Assembly (NCBI GenBank): GCA_964106915.2
Contig: OZ066919.1
Source of the DNA: Podarcis gaigeae
Lineage: Eukaryota
DNA: 64,000 bases
Reading direction: 5' to 3' (one strand)
In this document: positions 11,766-25,634 of the stretch, one piece after another
Layout: each line of letters opens with the position of its first letter
Position numbering within the stretch: position 1 is the first letter of the stretch
The notes under the pieces: generated by a model
Told to the model about the DNA's origin: nothing
Seen by the model: the letters and a program-made list of their open reading frames with translations, nothing else
The model's database searches: none
Position numbers and translations under genes: made by a program

Positions 11766-14700
11766 GAGTCTTCACAGCCTTAGTGTGGGAGCTGTTCCTG
11801 CCACCACCCCTTCTGACCAACAGAAACAATCTATTCTGCTTGCACAGTGCAGTACTTAGGCAACGTATTGTGGCTGGAGGACAATTTGTTGAGGCTAGGT
11901 CATTAATAGGGCAACCTAGGGCAGGAAGAAGGCAAGCATTTTTTTGGAAATGAAACAGTGGAAACTGAGTGAAGAACTAAGGCAGCAGCCTCACTTTTGC
12001 ACCTTTGTGCCCTGTAACCAATCTCGAACTGTTGCTGCATCAACGTACCAATAGGAAAGAAAAGGTTCATCAGCTTAGTGTCTGTGTTGGCCTTAGGGAG
12101 ATGCATATCTCTGCTCAGTCATAAGAGTGACATTTGGCTGAGTCGTCTTGTGGAATCAGAAGTGCTCTGATTTCCGATCCTCTTTTTGAGTAACCTACCC
12201 CTGGGGAAGGGGCTTGCCTACAGCCTTTCTTTAAATCGGCTTGGTTTTGTGTGGGGATGGGGGGGGGGAGAGATTTTCATTGCCATTCATCCTGTGGCTA
12301 GGCTAGAAGAGACTCCTCTCTGATACATTGTCGAGTAACCTTTTCTCTTCCCCTGCCGCTAGAATAGTAAACAGAAGCTTTCAAAAAGGGCGAGAGGTTT
12401 TCTCGATAGCTCTTTGCTGAATGAACTAAAGCGCTTATCGGCAGATTCACAAGCCGTGTTCTTTCTTCCCAAGCATGGTCTTGACAGGTCTTTTTACGGC
12501 CACAAAGGAGATAGCTGGGGACTGATGTCTGAGAGATATGTCAGGGAACGCTGTTCTGGTGGAGATTCACTCTAATTCTAACCACTGCTCATGCATGCAC
12601 CTGAAGGTGGCTTAGGTAATCGGAGGTAGTTGTAGGAGTATCTTGCTTGGTTCTCACTGGAGTGGATGGCAGAGGTGGTTTCTGCATGCTACTGAATTCT
12701 TTCAGCCCTTCTGCATGAATTCCTTCCAGTCTCATTCCTGTTCCTCGTGCTTGCCTATCTGTGCATTTCAACCTTCCCACCCTTGTTTTTTGTCAAGATT
12801 TTATGTAGCAGCAGCTTTCCCATACCTGGCCTCTTTCCTGTCTGGCGCATGTCAAGTCAATTAATTATTGCCGTGCACGAGCCTGTTGTGTTACTACTCA
12901 AGCTTGCTTTTCTTTGAGACCAGTTTGGTTGGTGAGCGGGTGGGAAGTTGGTTGGTCCCTGGAATAAAACACAACAAATGAACAAACCTCTTCATGTACT
13001 GGCTCAATACCATGTTCATTGTGGGGTGGAGAACGAGTCCTGCCTCTTGCCGATCAGAACCAGGCTGCGTTGGACAACCACCCCATCATGTTGATCCATT
13101 GCCATGTCCATTAAATACCAGGGTATTCTCATAACTCTGTTAGAGCGCTGATTTGCTTTAATTTCTGTCTTGTTTGGGGGTGCACTCCCCTGTCAGGCAG
13201 GGAGCAAGCCTTTCACTGGTGACCATGCACACAATTATTGATCTGAGATTGAACAATTGATTAAAAGGAACAACCCACTAGATTATAGATTTAGACATTT
13301 GATAACATGCACATTATCATTATGGGAGGGCCCCTTTTAAAAAGCTGGTGAGGAGCTGATGAGCTCTGCTTTGTCACTGTTGACAGCATTGTCTAATTTA
13401 TCCCCAAACCCCCACTCTGTTGTACATTCTAATGTGGGGGCTTCTATGTTCAGTCTATTTCTGTGAGTCTGCTGGTTTGGGAATGAATCATCAAAGAGAG
13501 CTCAAGCGAAATTTGATTAGGGGAAGTGTCAGGCTGAGCCGAGTCTTGTCAGCCTGTCTGTCAGCAGCTGCCCCTTTTCTAACGAGATTTTGTGGTGCTG
13601 GAGATGACACAGGAGGCGGCCCAGCATGAGGCAGTCTCAGTGGGCTTTAGCCCCTGAGCAGGTCTCTCCCATCTTGCTAACAAATAGTCCACCCCACTGC
13701 TTTCCAGCTAACCCTGTCCCTCTGCATTGCAGCTCTTCACTACTCTGCCAGCCCTGACTCTGTGGACTGGAGAGGCTGTGATATTAAATGTGTAGTGACA
13801 TCTCCATTCCAGAAAAGCAGGCTTCCCAGAAGAGACACATTGCACCCTCCCTCCCACACTTTTAATTTTTTATTTTATTGTATGTATTTGAAATGAGTTT
13901 GCCCAGAGGAGACAAAGATTTACTATGTTCAGTTGTGTTCCTCTATCCCTCCTTAAATTGGCCCATAACACTGGCCTTAAAGAAGGGTCCTGATTTCTCA
14001 GTGTCATTTCCCTGACTGATGTGTGTACAGCAAACAGCTGGGGCACTTTAGCCGATCTAATGGTTTGTCTACAGAATAACCCAAGTGAGACTTTTATATG
14101 AATAGATGCTGTGTGATGAAATAAGGAGTGTTCTTTCTCCTGGAGCACATTCCCAATGGGAGAGAGGACCCTGTCACCCAGGCCCTCTGCTGTCACTTGG
14201 ATCTGATCTCCTGTCTATTAGGATGAAGCTCCTACCCAACAAGGTGTTCTGATCTGGCTGTGAGGTGCCCCAGGCTCACTGCTGAATCTTGCACAGGAAC
14301 ACTGTTTTAGCTAGCAGTAATGCATGCAGTAATTTAAAAATAAAACCCTGAGGCTGCCCCTGCAAGATAGGTTTGTCCTGCAGGTTGCTTTGCTGTGAAA
14401 CCAACCAGTAGTAGCTTATTCCACCTTGCAGAGGTTCTGCACACCCTATGGACAGGGAGTGAACATATTTTCTAATTAGTGGGTACATTTGAAACAAGGA
14501 GACATTTTAGTGTCCGTAATGTAACTTAGTTGAGAGAACAATAATGGTGGCAGTCCTATAGTTGAGCTCCTGCCGAAAACACCAGTGGCTCAAAGAGAGA
14601 ACCTTGGGTATGAAATTTGGCAGAGCAGTGAACAGCTCTTGTTCAGAATTCTTTTTTTCTTTTCTTCTTTTCTGGATTGATTTGCTACTACTTAGAAGAA

Positions 14701-14798
14701 ATGTTGATCCTTCCCCCACCCCCACCCCTTGGGTATGGAGCAAGTGAATATCAATGGTCTAGGCTGTGACCCTACTAGTTGTCTATTCCTTGTTTCAG

Positions 14799-15068
14799 TG
14801 CGGCGAGTGTCCCCTCGATTTTCAATCCCTCCAAGTAACCATGAGGTGATGCCTGGAGGGAGCGTGAATCTCACATGTGTAGCAGTGGGGTCCCCAATGC
14901 CCTACGTGAAGTGGATTGTCGGAGACGTGGAGCTGACGAAAGAAGATGACATGCCAATGGGCAGGAATGTTTTAGAGTTGACCAACATCACACAGTCGGC
15001 CAACTACACTTGCGAAGCCATGTCCTCACTGGGGGTAATCCATGCAACAGCTCAGATCACTGTCAAAG
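14799..15068 (+). CDS. PTPRF: Exon encoding Ig3 domain (270 nt, phase 1-1)
   Basis: tttcag|TGCGG...GTCAAAG|gtaaga; [12 protein letters not shown]...[23 protein letters not shown]. Confidence 0.97.
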
Positions 15069-16366
15069 GTAAGAAGTTGCTCCATGATATCCTATACCTC
15101 TGCATGGTACCAGGTAGCAGAATGGGGTACACTTGTGACATAAGCCCTACTCAGTCATTATTGGTGTGAATGGGGAACCTGAGTACAAAGATGCTGTGGA
15201 GCTTCACCATTAGCCCTGTCCCCATTGTTGCACAGGTCTTTCCAGCTTCTCGTATGTTCACGGCAAACATCTGTAGCAGGGAGTCTGCTGTACATGTGTA
15301 GACTTTTAAGACACATCACGTGTGCCTCCCCCCCACCCCACCCCGTCTCTGTTACCCAACATTTATCTCCCAGGGTTTTCTTATTTGTTTTCTTGTAAAA
15401 TAGAGGTTTACTTACAGTGCATAAATGGAATGGCCAAACATCAGAATTATAGAGCAAGTCTCTGGGAGAAATAATAAGGCCTCTCCACTGTCATTCAAGA
15501 GCCCTGCCCAAGAGCTAATATTTGTTTGGTTTGTGCGTGTATCTGGATGGTGTGAAATGGCATCCAGGACAGCACATCTCTGTCAGGTCACTTGAAAAAG
15601 CTTTGTGGGAGCACCTGTCTTTCAGTTCTGTTACCTTACTAAACATCTTATAACCTAATGTGATTTCAGTATTTACATTAATACAGCTCCAGAGGGTGAT
15701 CATTATGGGAGTCAGGGAGTCTCTCAATCTTTTCTTCATGATCATAAATGTTTTCCTTGTGCCTAGCCAGTACATAGAAGGATCCCAAGATAGTAGAACA
15801 CAGTACTGATCACAAATTTATCTTTTTTGGATAAATGGCTGATGTGATCAGTTGTGCTAAAGTAGTTCTGCTTTCTTGTTAATGCTCGGAACTTTCATAA
15901 CAGGATTGGCTTCCTTAACATCCCACCACAAAAATATGCTTGCCACAAGTCCCTGCAGTCCGCATATTCTTGCTCTTGCAGCAACAGTAGACATGGAACT
16001 ACTTTTGCCCCAGTATACTTTCTGAAAAGCCCATGAACCTGGCTTCCTAAAGTGTACCTCAGCTGAATAACCCTTTCTGCTTTAGAAAACCTGACTTGGT
16101 TCCTTGTTTAAATTACCTTTATTTAGCCAGCTGCCAGCAAGTGCTTTGAGCACATCTAATAACATGATTGCTGTGTTTACTCTTCCATTAAGAAGCACTT
16201 CAAGCAATATATGGTAATGTGTAATATAAAAATGTACGTTCTTGACTATGAAATGATTTCTGCCTTTAAAGGAAAATGTTAGCAAGCATCTAAGCCTCCT
16301 TTATAGCTCTGCACATTACAGCATTTGCACTAATCAAATTACTGACATTGTGCTTTTTGCTTTCAG

Positions 16367-16948
16367 CTCTTCCAAAACCTCCAATGGAGCCATTAGTAAC
16401 GGAGACGACAGCTACCAGTGTGACACTCACCTGGGACTCAGGAAATGCTGACCCTATCTCCTACTATGTCATCCAATATAAGTCCAAGTCATTAGAGGGC
16501 ACTTTCCGAGAAGTAGATGGTGTGGCAACCACCCGCTATAGCATTGGTGGCCTAAGCCCCTTCTCAGAATATGAGTTCCGCATTATTGCTGTAAACAACA
16601 TTGGCAGGAGTCCCCCTAGTGAGTTGGTGGATGCACGGACAGGAGAGCAAGCTCCATCAAGCCCACCCCTCAAAGTGAAGGCACGGATGCTGAGTTCCAG
16701 CACCATGCTGGTCCAATGGGAACAACCTGAAGAGCCCAATGGGATGATCCGTGGCTATAGAGTGTACTACACCATTGACCCCCACCTACCACTCAGCAAG
16801 TGGCAGAAACACAACACTGATGATCATCATCTCACCACTGTAGGAAGTTTGATAAATGGGGCCACCTATAGTATTCGTGTCTTGGCTTTCACCTCAGTAG
16901 GAGATGGACCCCCTTCTGATGCCATCCAGATAAAGGCCCAACAGGGTG
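16367..16948 (+). CDS. PTPRF: Exon encoding FN3 repeats 1-2 (582 nt)
   Basis: tttcag|CTCTT...CAGGGTG|gtatgt; ALPKPP...IQIKAQQG. Confidence 0.97.
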
Positions 16949-17334
16949 GTATGTATGTTTTGTGTGAGCTCTATTCCTTCTCTGTCCTACTGTTTCCAAG
17001 AGCTAATATTTTGAGCTGAGGTTGAGGTGTGATCCAGAGACTTTAGGGATTTGGTAGGCAATTTGTCCTTTTCAAATAGGTGTTCCAGCAGCATAGTTGC
17101 CAGCATAGTTAACAGTTGACTTAAGCATAGTTGTGGATAATTTGGTTAATCACTAGTTTGAGAAAGAACATAGTTGTCTTTGTTTGAACCTGGAGCTTAG
17201 GAGAATGTGTTAAGATTGTGTTTATGACAATGCTATTGTTGAAGTGCGTTGATGATAGGGCTTGCACCTTGAAATTTTCTAAAGCTGCTCTGGAGTCCCC
17301 TCCCACAACTGACTCTTGTTTTATTGGTTTCCAG

Positions 17335-17468
17335 TTCCATCTCAGCCAGCTGATTTCCAAGCTGAGGCAGAGTCTGACACACGGATCATGCTGACCTGGC
17401 AGCCAGCACCTCAAGAACGTGTCACCAAGTATGAGTTGGTGTATTGGGAAGAGACAGATGGGATCCAG
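17335..17468 (+). CDS. PTPRF: Exon encoding first half of FN3 repeat 3 (134 nt)
   Basis: ttccag|TTCCA...ATCCAG|gtgagg; VPSQPADFQAEAESDTRI...WEETDGIQ. Confidence 0.95.
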
Positions 17469-18160
17469 GTGAGGGACAACATGACCCATTGGTGGTTAAA
17501 GACCTATACCAAAGTAGCCTATGGGTATGGGGCACTTATTTTTATATCTGTTAGAGTTAGGCCCAGTATGATTGTTGTGGGAAATGGCATTTGCATGACT
17601 AGATATTTGTGCATCTGAGAATTCTGCAATCCAAATCCCATTGAATTATGAACCTATACCAGAGTTTCACCTCCCTATGATAGCTGCAAGAGCTCCTGCT
17701 CCTGCAAGAGGAACAGTAAGTTTTGTTGGCAATCATATTGCCACATAATAGTTGGATCAGGTCCCAGAAGTTATCTGGCCTTGAACCATTAGGTGGTAGC
17801 TCTAAAGTGAAGACCTATCACAGCTTGTCTTCTATATATGCTAACTTACTCGCACTTATATCAACACATACCTCATTAGCCAAAAGTTTGCAGTGTCTGG
17901 GAAATGAAAGTGATTTTTTTCTCATGGCTGTAATGAGAATGCACAACATCTGTGGGGAAGTGAAATCATCTCCTTTAAATAATGGCTTTCAGGGTTACAT
18001 AGGATGAGCATAGATTGCTCTGTTGCATGATTCCTAGTCTGCAGTACTGGTAGGCATTCACAGCCAAGAGTCCAATACTCAGGTGTCAATAGCTATGTTT
18101 TTCCCTCCCTCCCCCCCCCCAATCTGAGTAAAAGAAAAACTTGCCTCTTGCCTTTTCTAG

Positions 18161-18305
18161 CATAAGGTGGACTTTGACCAGACCTCATCATATGCACTTG
18201 AAGGGCTCAAGCCGGACACACTCTACAAGTTCCAGCTGGCAGCCCGCTCTGAGCTGGGCCTAGGGGTCTATACCCCAGTTTTGGAAGCTCGAACAGCACA
18301 GTCCA
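18161..18305 (+). CDS. PTPRF: Exon encoding second half of FN3 repeat 3 (145 nt; not in ORF track)
   Basis: ttctag|CATAAG...CAGTCCA|gtaagt; HKVDFDQTSSYALEGLKPDTLYKFQLAARSELGLGVYTPVLEARTAQS. Confidence 0.95.
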
Positions 18306-20531
18306 GTAAGTGTCTCTGTTTGGTTGAGAGTGAGTGAGGGACAAAATCTTATTGCACTTTTGTATGAGAGTTAATGGAGAGGTTGGAACCAGTAGCAAGA
18401 GAAATGTGGAGAGGACAGGCCAGCTGTGGCTCTGATGCAGGGGCCATTTGCCCAGGGTAAGTCTTGTCCCATTGTCCTTCAGTCCATGCTTTCCCCTTTC
18501 AACAGGTGGACTCACAGATATGCTGGGCAAAGGGAATAGGTGGGAGAAGCTGATGAGATTTATTCCCTGTATCTCTGTGAGTTTACTGGCACATCCTCTT
18601 CCCCATGCAATTCAGTTGTAGTGGGTGTTTGATATCTGCACCTCGTGCATGCACCTTCCTGCTGTGCATGTACCTCATACCCCAGTCAGAGACACCATTG
18701 CTCGCCTTTTCCCTGCCCCTTCCAGACAATCATCTCTGTACAAGAGGAGCGATGCACACATTGCATTACTGCTACACCGCAGACATTTGCAAGCCTGGAA
18801 GAATTAACTTGAGGGGCTGGTGGGATCTTTGCAAGTAGATTGAATGATTAATAGCTTCTTAAGGGGATGTGTGCTGAGTGAGGTGTGTGGTGCATGTGGA
18901 TGCTTGACTTTTATGGAGTGGAAGGAGGAAGAAGACTGCTGCGTGGGTTTTGCTCCAAGGCTTTGAAGGCTTGAGGCAAACAGTGAAGTAAGTCAGAAGG
19001 CCAGATAAAGAGGTGACCCAAGCTGGATCACTTTCATTCTCTTCTGAGCCCATGTGTGGTGGAGTAGGAGACCAATGCACCTTTATCGGCAGCTCAAAGT
19101 GCTGCACATAAGCAGATTAATGCTATCAAAGAGCTCTGAGATAAGCTTGTTTTCACTAACGATTTTGGGGCTTGCTTTTATGCAAAAAGCATTAAAGGGG
19201 AAAAGTGAGACATTTTCATTTGTGCCATCTGTCAAGGATTTAGTGGCTGTGTGGGGCAAGCAATAGAGGAGGCAGCAGCCGCCCTCTCTGTGTGGAGCCA
19301 GAGAGTGCCTGGGATGAATCAGGGTGGGGAAGAACTGCTCCACTTATGATTAGAATGACCTTTCCTCCTTTCATTAGCACATCAATCATAAGAATTCCAA
19401 CAGTCCTGTTTAACTTGCTCTTTAGCTAATGGGATCTTGGTGCCAGGACGATTGGACAAAAATATATGAAACAATATTCAGAGGGAGGCATCATAAATAT
19501 TTTACATTGGGGGACACAAACTGAATGTGGATACTATTAATTGTTCTGTTAGCAGCTACTGATGGAGCATGTGTACTGATAGGCCATGACTGGGCACTTG
19601 CCCAGCCATCATACTAACAAGGCATAACAGACAAATATCAGAAGCAAATAGTAATGCAGATATCTCCAACCTGTGACTCATGCATAGCTCTGTGTAGCTG
19701 CGCCATGTTAGGAGTCTGTGCAAAGAATTTAAAGTCCAGCAATTAAAGGAAGGCTAATCCTGATGTTGTGCCATTTTAGCCATTCATGGATTCTAGTCTA
19801 CAGGTAAAGGAAGAAACCTCTCTTCACACCTCCCAGGTGAGGGGTGAAGGCATGTAGTTCCAAAGCACGTTTCCCTATGAAATGTAACATTTGGAGCATG
19901 AATTAAGTGGCTATGATCACTGGGAAACCTGTTCTAACGAGCCTATCGGTAGGAATTCTAAAGCTTACCTTTCCTTGAACAATGTCTGAAAACAGCTTTT
20001 TTTGCAGACCTGATGTGTTGTGAGAAACCTGTAGAATTCAAGTTTCTGCTAATTGATAGAAAAGTTAAGGGGATTGCATGCCTCAAGACCAATTTCTGTT
20101 GAACATTTTTCTCATCTAGTCTTGCTTTTTTGCCATCACAGATTGCATGTGGAGGTGGTGAAGCATCTGAGTTTAACATAGGGCCATATGCTGATTTAGC
20201 AAACTACCAAGCTATATTTCTAAAGTTTTCCCAGTAGCATACTAAATGGTCTCTGGGGACAGAAGCAAGGGAGATCTCTCTGACACAGAACTCCTATGAT
20301 ACTGATCCTCCTCGGCAATGTTTCATACTATAAAAAGATAGGTGCTCTGGCTCCATCCCTGGCTATATCTCCTAGTTCCAGGTTCTGTTCTTTAGCTTTT
20401 ATGAAGGAATATAACTGCATATACTCCAGGCTAAACTATATATTACACTAGTCATAGTCACCCATGTGTCATGTTAGCCATTAGTCCCTTCCTCATGGAA
20501 GGACAGCTTAGCAGTGGGAAATGGATAGAGT

Positions 20532-20666
20532 AGGAGTAGCCAACACCATGCCTTTCAGATGCTTTGGGCCCAAACTCACATCAACCCCAGCCAGCATGAG
20601 CAATGGTCAGGGATTATTGGAGCTGTAGTCCACAACATACAGAGGAGACCACATTGGTTACCCCTG
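20532..20666. mobile_element. Degenerate hAT-MITE copy
   Basis: ccaacacc..cctttcagatgctttggg..aactc.catcaacccc...ggagctgtagtccacaacat. Confidence 0.55.
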
Positions 20667-22528
20667 TGGTATAGGACAACAGTGCTTTACCTTTCAAGTT
20701 GTTTTCCCCACCCAACCCCAATGGAGTTCAAGGTTTGTGCTAGCAAGGTAAACACATTCAGTGAAACAGACAAGACGAAAACGGTGGGGTGGAGTTTGAG
20801 GGAAAGGCAGCTAACAAGGGAAGCAACTCAGGCAGGGCATGATTTTTGAGAACTTGGGATCCAAGGCTGCACCCTGGCTCAAATGAAAACTTGAAGCCAT
20901 TTTTTTCTGTTTTAGAAGAATAGTTTGCAAAGGCAGATATGGGGAATCCTGACCTTAATTGTTGAACAGCCCAAATAAGATGCTCCTCTAATCACACATA
21001 AGATCTATGTCCTTTGATACGTTATCTCTGGGAAAAGTGCTGCCGCTCCTAGCATTTTACTTGAGGATAATATCATGTTGAGAAGATCAGTCATCTGGTA
21101 CTAAACATAGAAACATTGCAATTGGGTTACCCAGTGCTCATCACACAAGTAGCCATTCTCATAAGCATGATTTAGAGGCCCTTACATCTCCAGGGAGGGC
21201 ATAACCTGAGAATAGTGAATGGGTTCATTTTGCCTCTGAGAATATTTGTGTGTGTCATGGTTCAAAATGTGTGGTATGTGGGTGTGTGTGGTGTGTGTGT
21301 GCGCGTGCACGTGCATGTTGGTGTGCATTTCTTTCTCATGTACTTTTCCCATGTATTTTGCTTGTGTTGTTGTGTTTTATTTTGTCCTCTGATGTTAAGC
21401 TGCAGCTTATTATTGGCACTATTCAGGTGTGACTCTTACCCAGCCATCAGTAGATGTGGGAAATCACTGTGTCTCATGTTTTGATCCATTTATTATACTT
21501 GCTGATAGTTCTTCTTCTTATAGTTGCTGAGAGCTTTGTCAAGTGAGGCCTGTTCTCCAAAATCTCCAAATTCATTAGTAAAAGGATTGTTTCCAGTTAA
21601 TTTAGGCTCTCTTCTTGTCTGCTTCTCATACCCCGTGTATCCTTCTTGGGTTATACCTATATTCACTTTGTCTACTTTCCTGTATTGCCTTGGCTTTCTT
21701 TCTTTACTCTCTACCTTTCAGGTCCACCTCAGCAGTGTTGTTTGTAGTACTTATTTTACCTCTTTAGGAACCTTCCTCATAGGCTTAGGAGCCTCCAGTT
21801 CTGTGCCCTGCTCCCAGGTTTGGAGCAATATGTCAGATGCAAAGAATCCAATTCTCCAGGATTGCTTGCTTGCCAGTTAGTGTACAGTCAGATTGTCCTC
21901 AGAAGATGTATACTCCAATAGCCTTCCTCAGCTTGAGCATCATCAGGTTATTCAAGGAACAAAACAACACTGTTCTTACTTTTCTTCTTGGTTTCAATAA
22001 TTTTCATACTTCAGATCCTTCCTTCTTGATTCCTGCTCTCCTATTCTCATCTGTTACTTAGCCTATTGATCTCACATCTGTCTAAGTCTTGTACTTTCTC
22101 GTTCTCTCTTCTTTTTAGGCAACCTCTACAGAGGAGGCATGGGAAGAATTAGCTGTGGGGTCTCAGAGCGGGTAATCTTCATAAAAGGGGATGGGGACGG
22201 AACAGAAGGAAAATAATAGATCAGGCTCAATTCAAATTAAAGGCCAGGCGGAATAGCATATCTGCTTGCCAGATGGAATAATATCACTTCTACTCCCCCC
22301 CACTGCACCCAGTTCTGGGGGTTCACCCAATCTCCCAGAGTAGTTGGTGGGGTGCACAGGTGAATGAGAGGGAATAGCCAGATGACTATTCAATTGAATC
22401 GGGCCTAGTGGGTTTTGTTCTATATTTATTGAGGCTCTGTTGGCTGGGTAAGAGCTCCCTGTAAATTATGTATTTTGCCCAATCATTTCCCCTCATCTCC
22501 CCACTTGCTTCATTTTATTTATCCCTAG

Positions 22529-22834
22529 CCCCTTCTGCCCCACCCCAAGAGGTCGTGTGTGTAAGCACCAGCTCCACCTCTATCCGGGTAAGTTGGGTAC
22601 CACCACCGGCTCAGAGCCGCAATGGAGTCATCACACAGTATTCTATCGCATACCAAGCGGTGGAAGGAGAGGACACCAGCAAGCGTGTGGTTGAGGGCAT
22701 TGGACACGAGCATTCAAGCTGGGAGATCAACAGCCTGGAGAAATGGACAGAGTACAAAGTGTGGGTGAGGGCTCACACAGACGTGGGTCCTGGGCCAGAG
22801 AGCATCCCGGTCTGGGTTCGCACTGATGAAGACG
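22529..22834 (+). CDS. PTPRF: Exon encoding FN3 repeat 4 (306 nt, phase 1-1)
   Basis: ccctag|CCCCT...GAAGACG|gtaggt; PSAPPQEVVC...LEKWTEYKVWVRAHTDVGPGPES..RTDED. Confidence 0.97.
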
Positions 22835-24454
22835 GTAGGTTCCTGACCCATGACTGAAGGTAACAAGGGCTCTTTTGGGTCCTGCCAAAGGAATAGCATT
22901 TGTAGTGCTGTTCTCGGCTCTACAGAAAGGGGGGGGTCTAAATGTAGTCAATAAGAATGATAGGGTTAATATGTATGAAATATAATCAAAATGCCTGCTT
23001 CCTACATGAATCTGTTCCTCTTCTCTATCACATGGGCAAAGCAGCTCTCTATCAAGGACATTCTGAAGCAAAAATTGCATTGTTATGGCTAGTCTGTCAG
23101 ATATGTCATGCCAGCTTAAATCTCTTCTGTAGAAAGTGCCAGTCCTTGCACTGTCAGAAGCCACTTCCCAGGCTGCATCCTTGCCTCAGAGACCAAAAAG
23201 GGCACAGAGAGGCAAATAGAAAAAGGGAGCCACTCAGTAAACTGAGAGCAGGCATACTTCAGTTGTACCACCCATGTTGTGCTGTTGCTTGCACCACTGC
23301 AACCCTGTAAAGCCTTGCATAGCAATGTTCATTGCCTACTTCTGAAGCTTGCTTGCACATCTGTATGTCCTGCTGCCTGAATTGTTTGCTTCAGTTCTCA
23401 TTTAGCAAAGCCTTAGCCGGAGGGACACTGCTACCCTAGAAATGTCGCAGCAAGCTCTCTGCATAAGTTTGAGGTCCGTACGGTTGGCTCTTCCAGCTAA
23501 GCTCTCTGTCAGGAGTGGTTTTAAAACCTTCTGATGCACTCATTTTTCATAGGTGGTAGCACAAAAAGGGGGTGAGAGTGCTTTTTGAATCTTGAAATAT
23601 TACTGGTAGCTAATATACCCTCCTCATAATTGGGGTGACCTCCATTGACCCAACAATTCAGTCCCTTGGCAGTTGCTGTTAGCTTAAGACTCTGCCCTTT
23701 ATCGGCAGGTATAGGTAAGTCTCGTGATTTCTGTGCCTTGACAGAACAGTCACAAGCACTTTCCCAGCTATGTCTAACTGTTGGAGCAGAAGGGGAGTGT
23801 TGTCCAGTTACTACACTGCAATGTAGTTTGCTTTCCACTCATTTTTCGGAAGAGGAATAACCATCAGGGAAAGACACCCCATTTTGCAGTTTATGGAGAA
23901 AGATGGAATGAGGTCCATGATCCCCTTTCTCATTCACCGATTAGGCTTGCCTCCTCCCCCTGCTAATATATGTATCTTTCCCCTCTGTGCTCCTCTTCAA
24001 GTAATTATCTGCAATTAAGAGTGAGATCTGTGGAAACAACCAGTTGCCAGAGGGTGAGCGGCTGCCTTGCCTGCCTGCCGAGTGTCTGGATAGAACAGTC
24101 CTTACAGGTTCCATCCAGTTCTCTGCCCCCAATTAACCTTGTTCTGCACTAGCAAATGGGACACAGTGTGTTTACAGGGGCTGTGGATTTGCCCTGCAAT
24201 AACAGAATTCTGGTCTTACTTTTTTCAAGCAAATTCTGAGTAGCAATACAGCAAGGATTGGAAGGAACACTGCTCTCAGAGATCATTCTATAAGCTGAAT
24301 GGCCAGCCAAGAATATGAGTCTCCTAGGACTGCCTTCCTCCCTCATTACCAGCCTCCCACTTTAGGCTATAGAGCAGCTGACCTTAGAGCAATTTTAATA
24401 AATTTAATAAATTTTCATCAGTGGCAGCATTTGGACACAGTAAATCATTGATTT

Positions 24455-25255
24455 CAGTCCAGTTTCAGGCCCAGACTTTACACCAAAAAGCACCTTAGTC
24501 CCCCTGGTTGATGACATTTGTTGGGAAACAGATGGGGGGAGTGTAACCCTGCTTGTTCTCCTTGATCTTTCGGTAGCTTTTGATACCTTTGACCGTGGTA
24601 TTCTTCTAGAGCAACTCCAGGGTTTGGAGGCACTGTATTACAGTAGTTCCACGTCTACCCTTGGAGCTGTTTCCAAAAAGTAGTTATGGGGTAGCTATTG
24701 CTCCGCATCATGGGAGCTCCTGGAAGGAGCAGGCTGGGAGTACTCTTGGATCCAAGATATTCAATGGAAGCTCAGGTGGCATTAGTGGCTAGGAAGACCT
24801 ATTTCCAACTATATCTGGTTTGCCAGCTACAGCCCCTTTTGTGCAGAGATTACTTGGCTACTGTACTTTATGCTCTGGTGACTTCCAGATTTGATTATTG
24901 CTATGCTGGGCTGCCCTTGAAGACTACTTAGAAACTTCAAATGCAGCAGCCAGATGGGGTTCCATTTCGAAATCACATAATCCCTGTTTTAAAACAGTTG
25001 CCAATTCATTTCCAGGGACAAGGTGCTCATATTAGTGTCTAAGGCCCTAAATGATTATCTGAAAGACTGATTTCCCTACAGACCATTTCAGGTGCTAAGA
25101 TCAGCATAGGGATCCCTCTTGGTAGTTCCACCACTCTCAGAAATCTGGACTTATTAGTGACCTTGGTGAGAGTCTTCTCCGTGGCTGCCTCTACACTGTG
25201 TAATTCCCTTTTCACTAGATTGTGTCTAGCACTTCCATTGTATAGCTCTCATCAT
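24455..25255 (+). mobile_element. Degenerate L2 LINE ORF2 fragment with internal deletions
   Basis: Remnants LLVLLDLSVAFDTFD.GILLEQL and LGVLLD...LVTSRFDYCYAGLPLKT, typical of L2 reverse transcriptase region. Confidence 0.8.
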
Positions 25256-25634
25256 GGAATCTAATAAATAATTAAAAATCCCCATAGCTAGGGGTTGTGG
25301 TTTGTTTTTTCCATTCACTAATAAGGAGGTATGAAGTAGACACTCCTGGCATATTCATGGTAAATCATTAACTATGTTCCCATTGTGCCTGTAATATGTC
25401 CACTCATTGATATGTATGTATTGGGTTGTGTGAGTACTAGTAATCTAGACAAAGCTTTGCATCTCCTTATGCCATGCCTTGAATAGCAGGACAGCTTAGT
25501 CCAGCAGTACAATCATGGATATTTAACATTAACTCTACTGTGAATTCTGCTTTGTAATCTGGGGTGATGTGTGTCTCCTCCACCCCAGAAGCAATGCTGT
25601 TGTCTCTGATGAAATTTTCTCATGTGCCTTCCAG

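Noticed and set aside
13480-13570. Cluster of ATCAAAG, TGAATCA and TGTCA motifs as a possible enhancer
   Set aside because: Short motifs occur by chance; unsupported without conservation or chromatin data.
14729-17019. ORF-track starts and stops around exons (e.g. 14729..15169, 16348..17019) as standalone genes
   Set aside because: The ends are intronic read-through; similarity to LAR is confined between the splice sites.
23641-23665. tccattgacccaacaattc resembling the start of the SIDPGQQF phosphatase exon
   Set aside because: Wrong position in exon order, no acceptor, and similarity does not extend.
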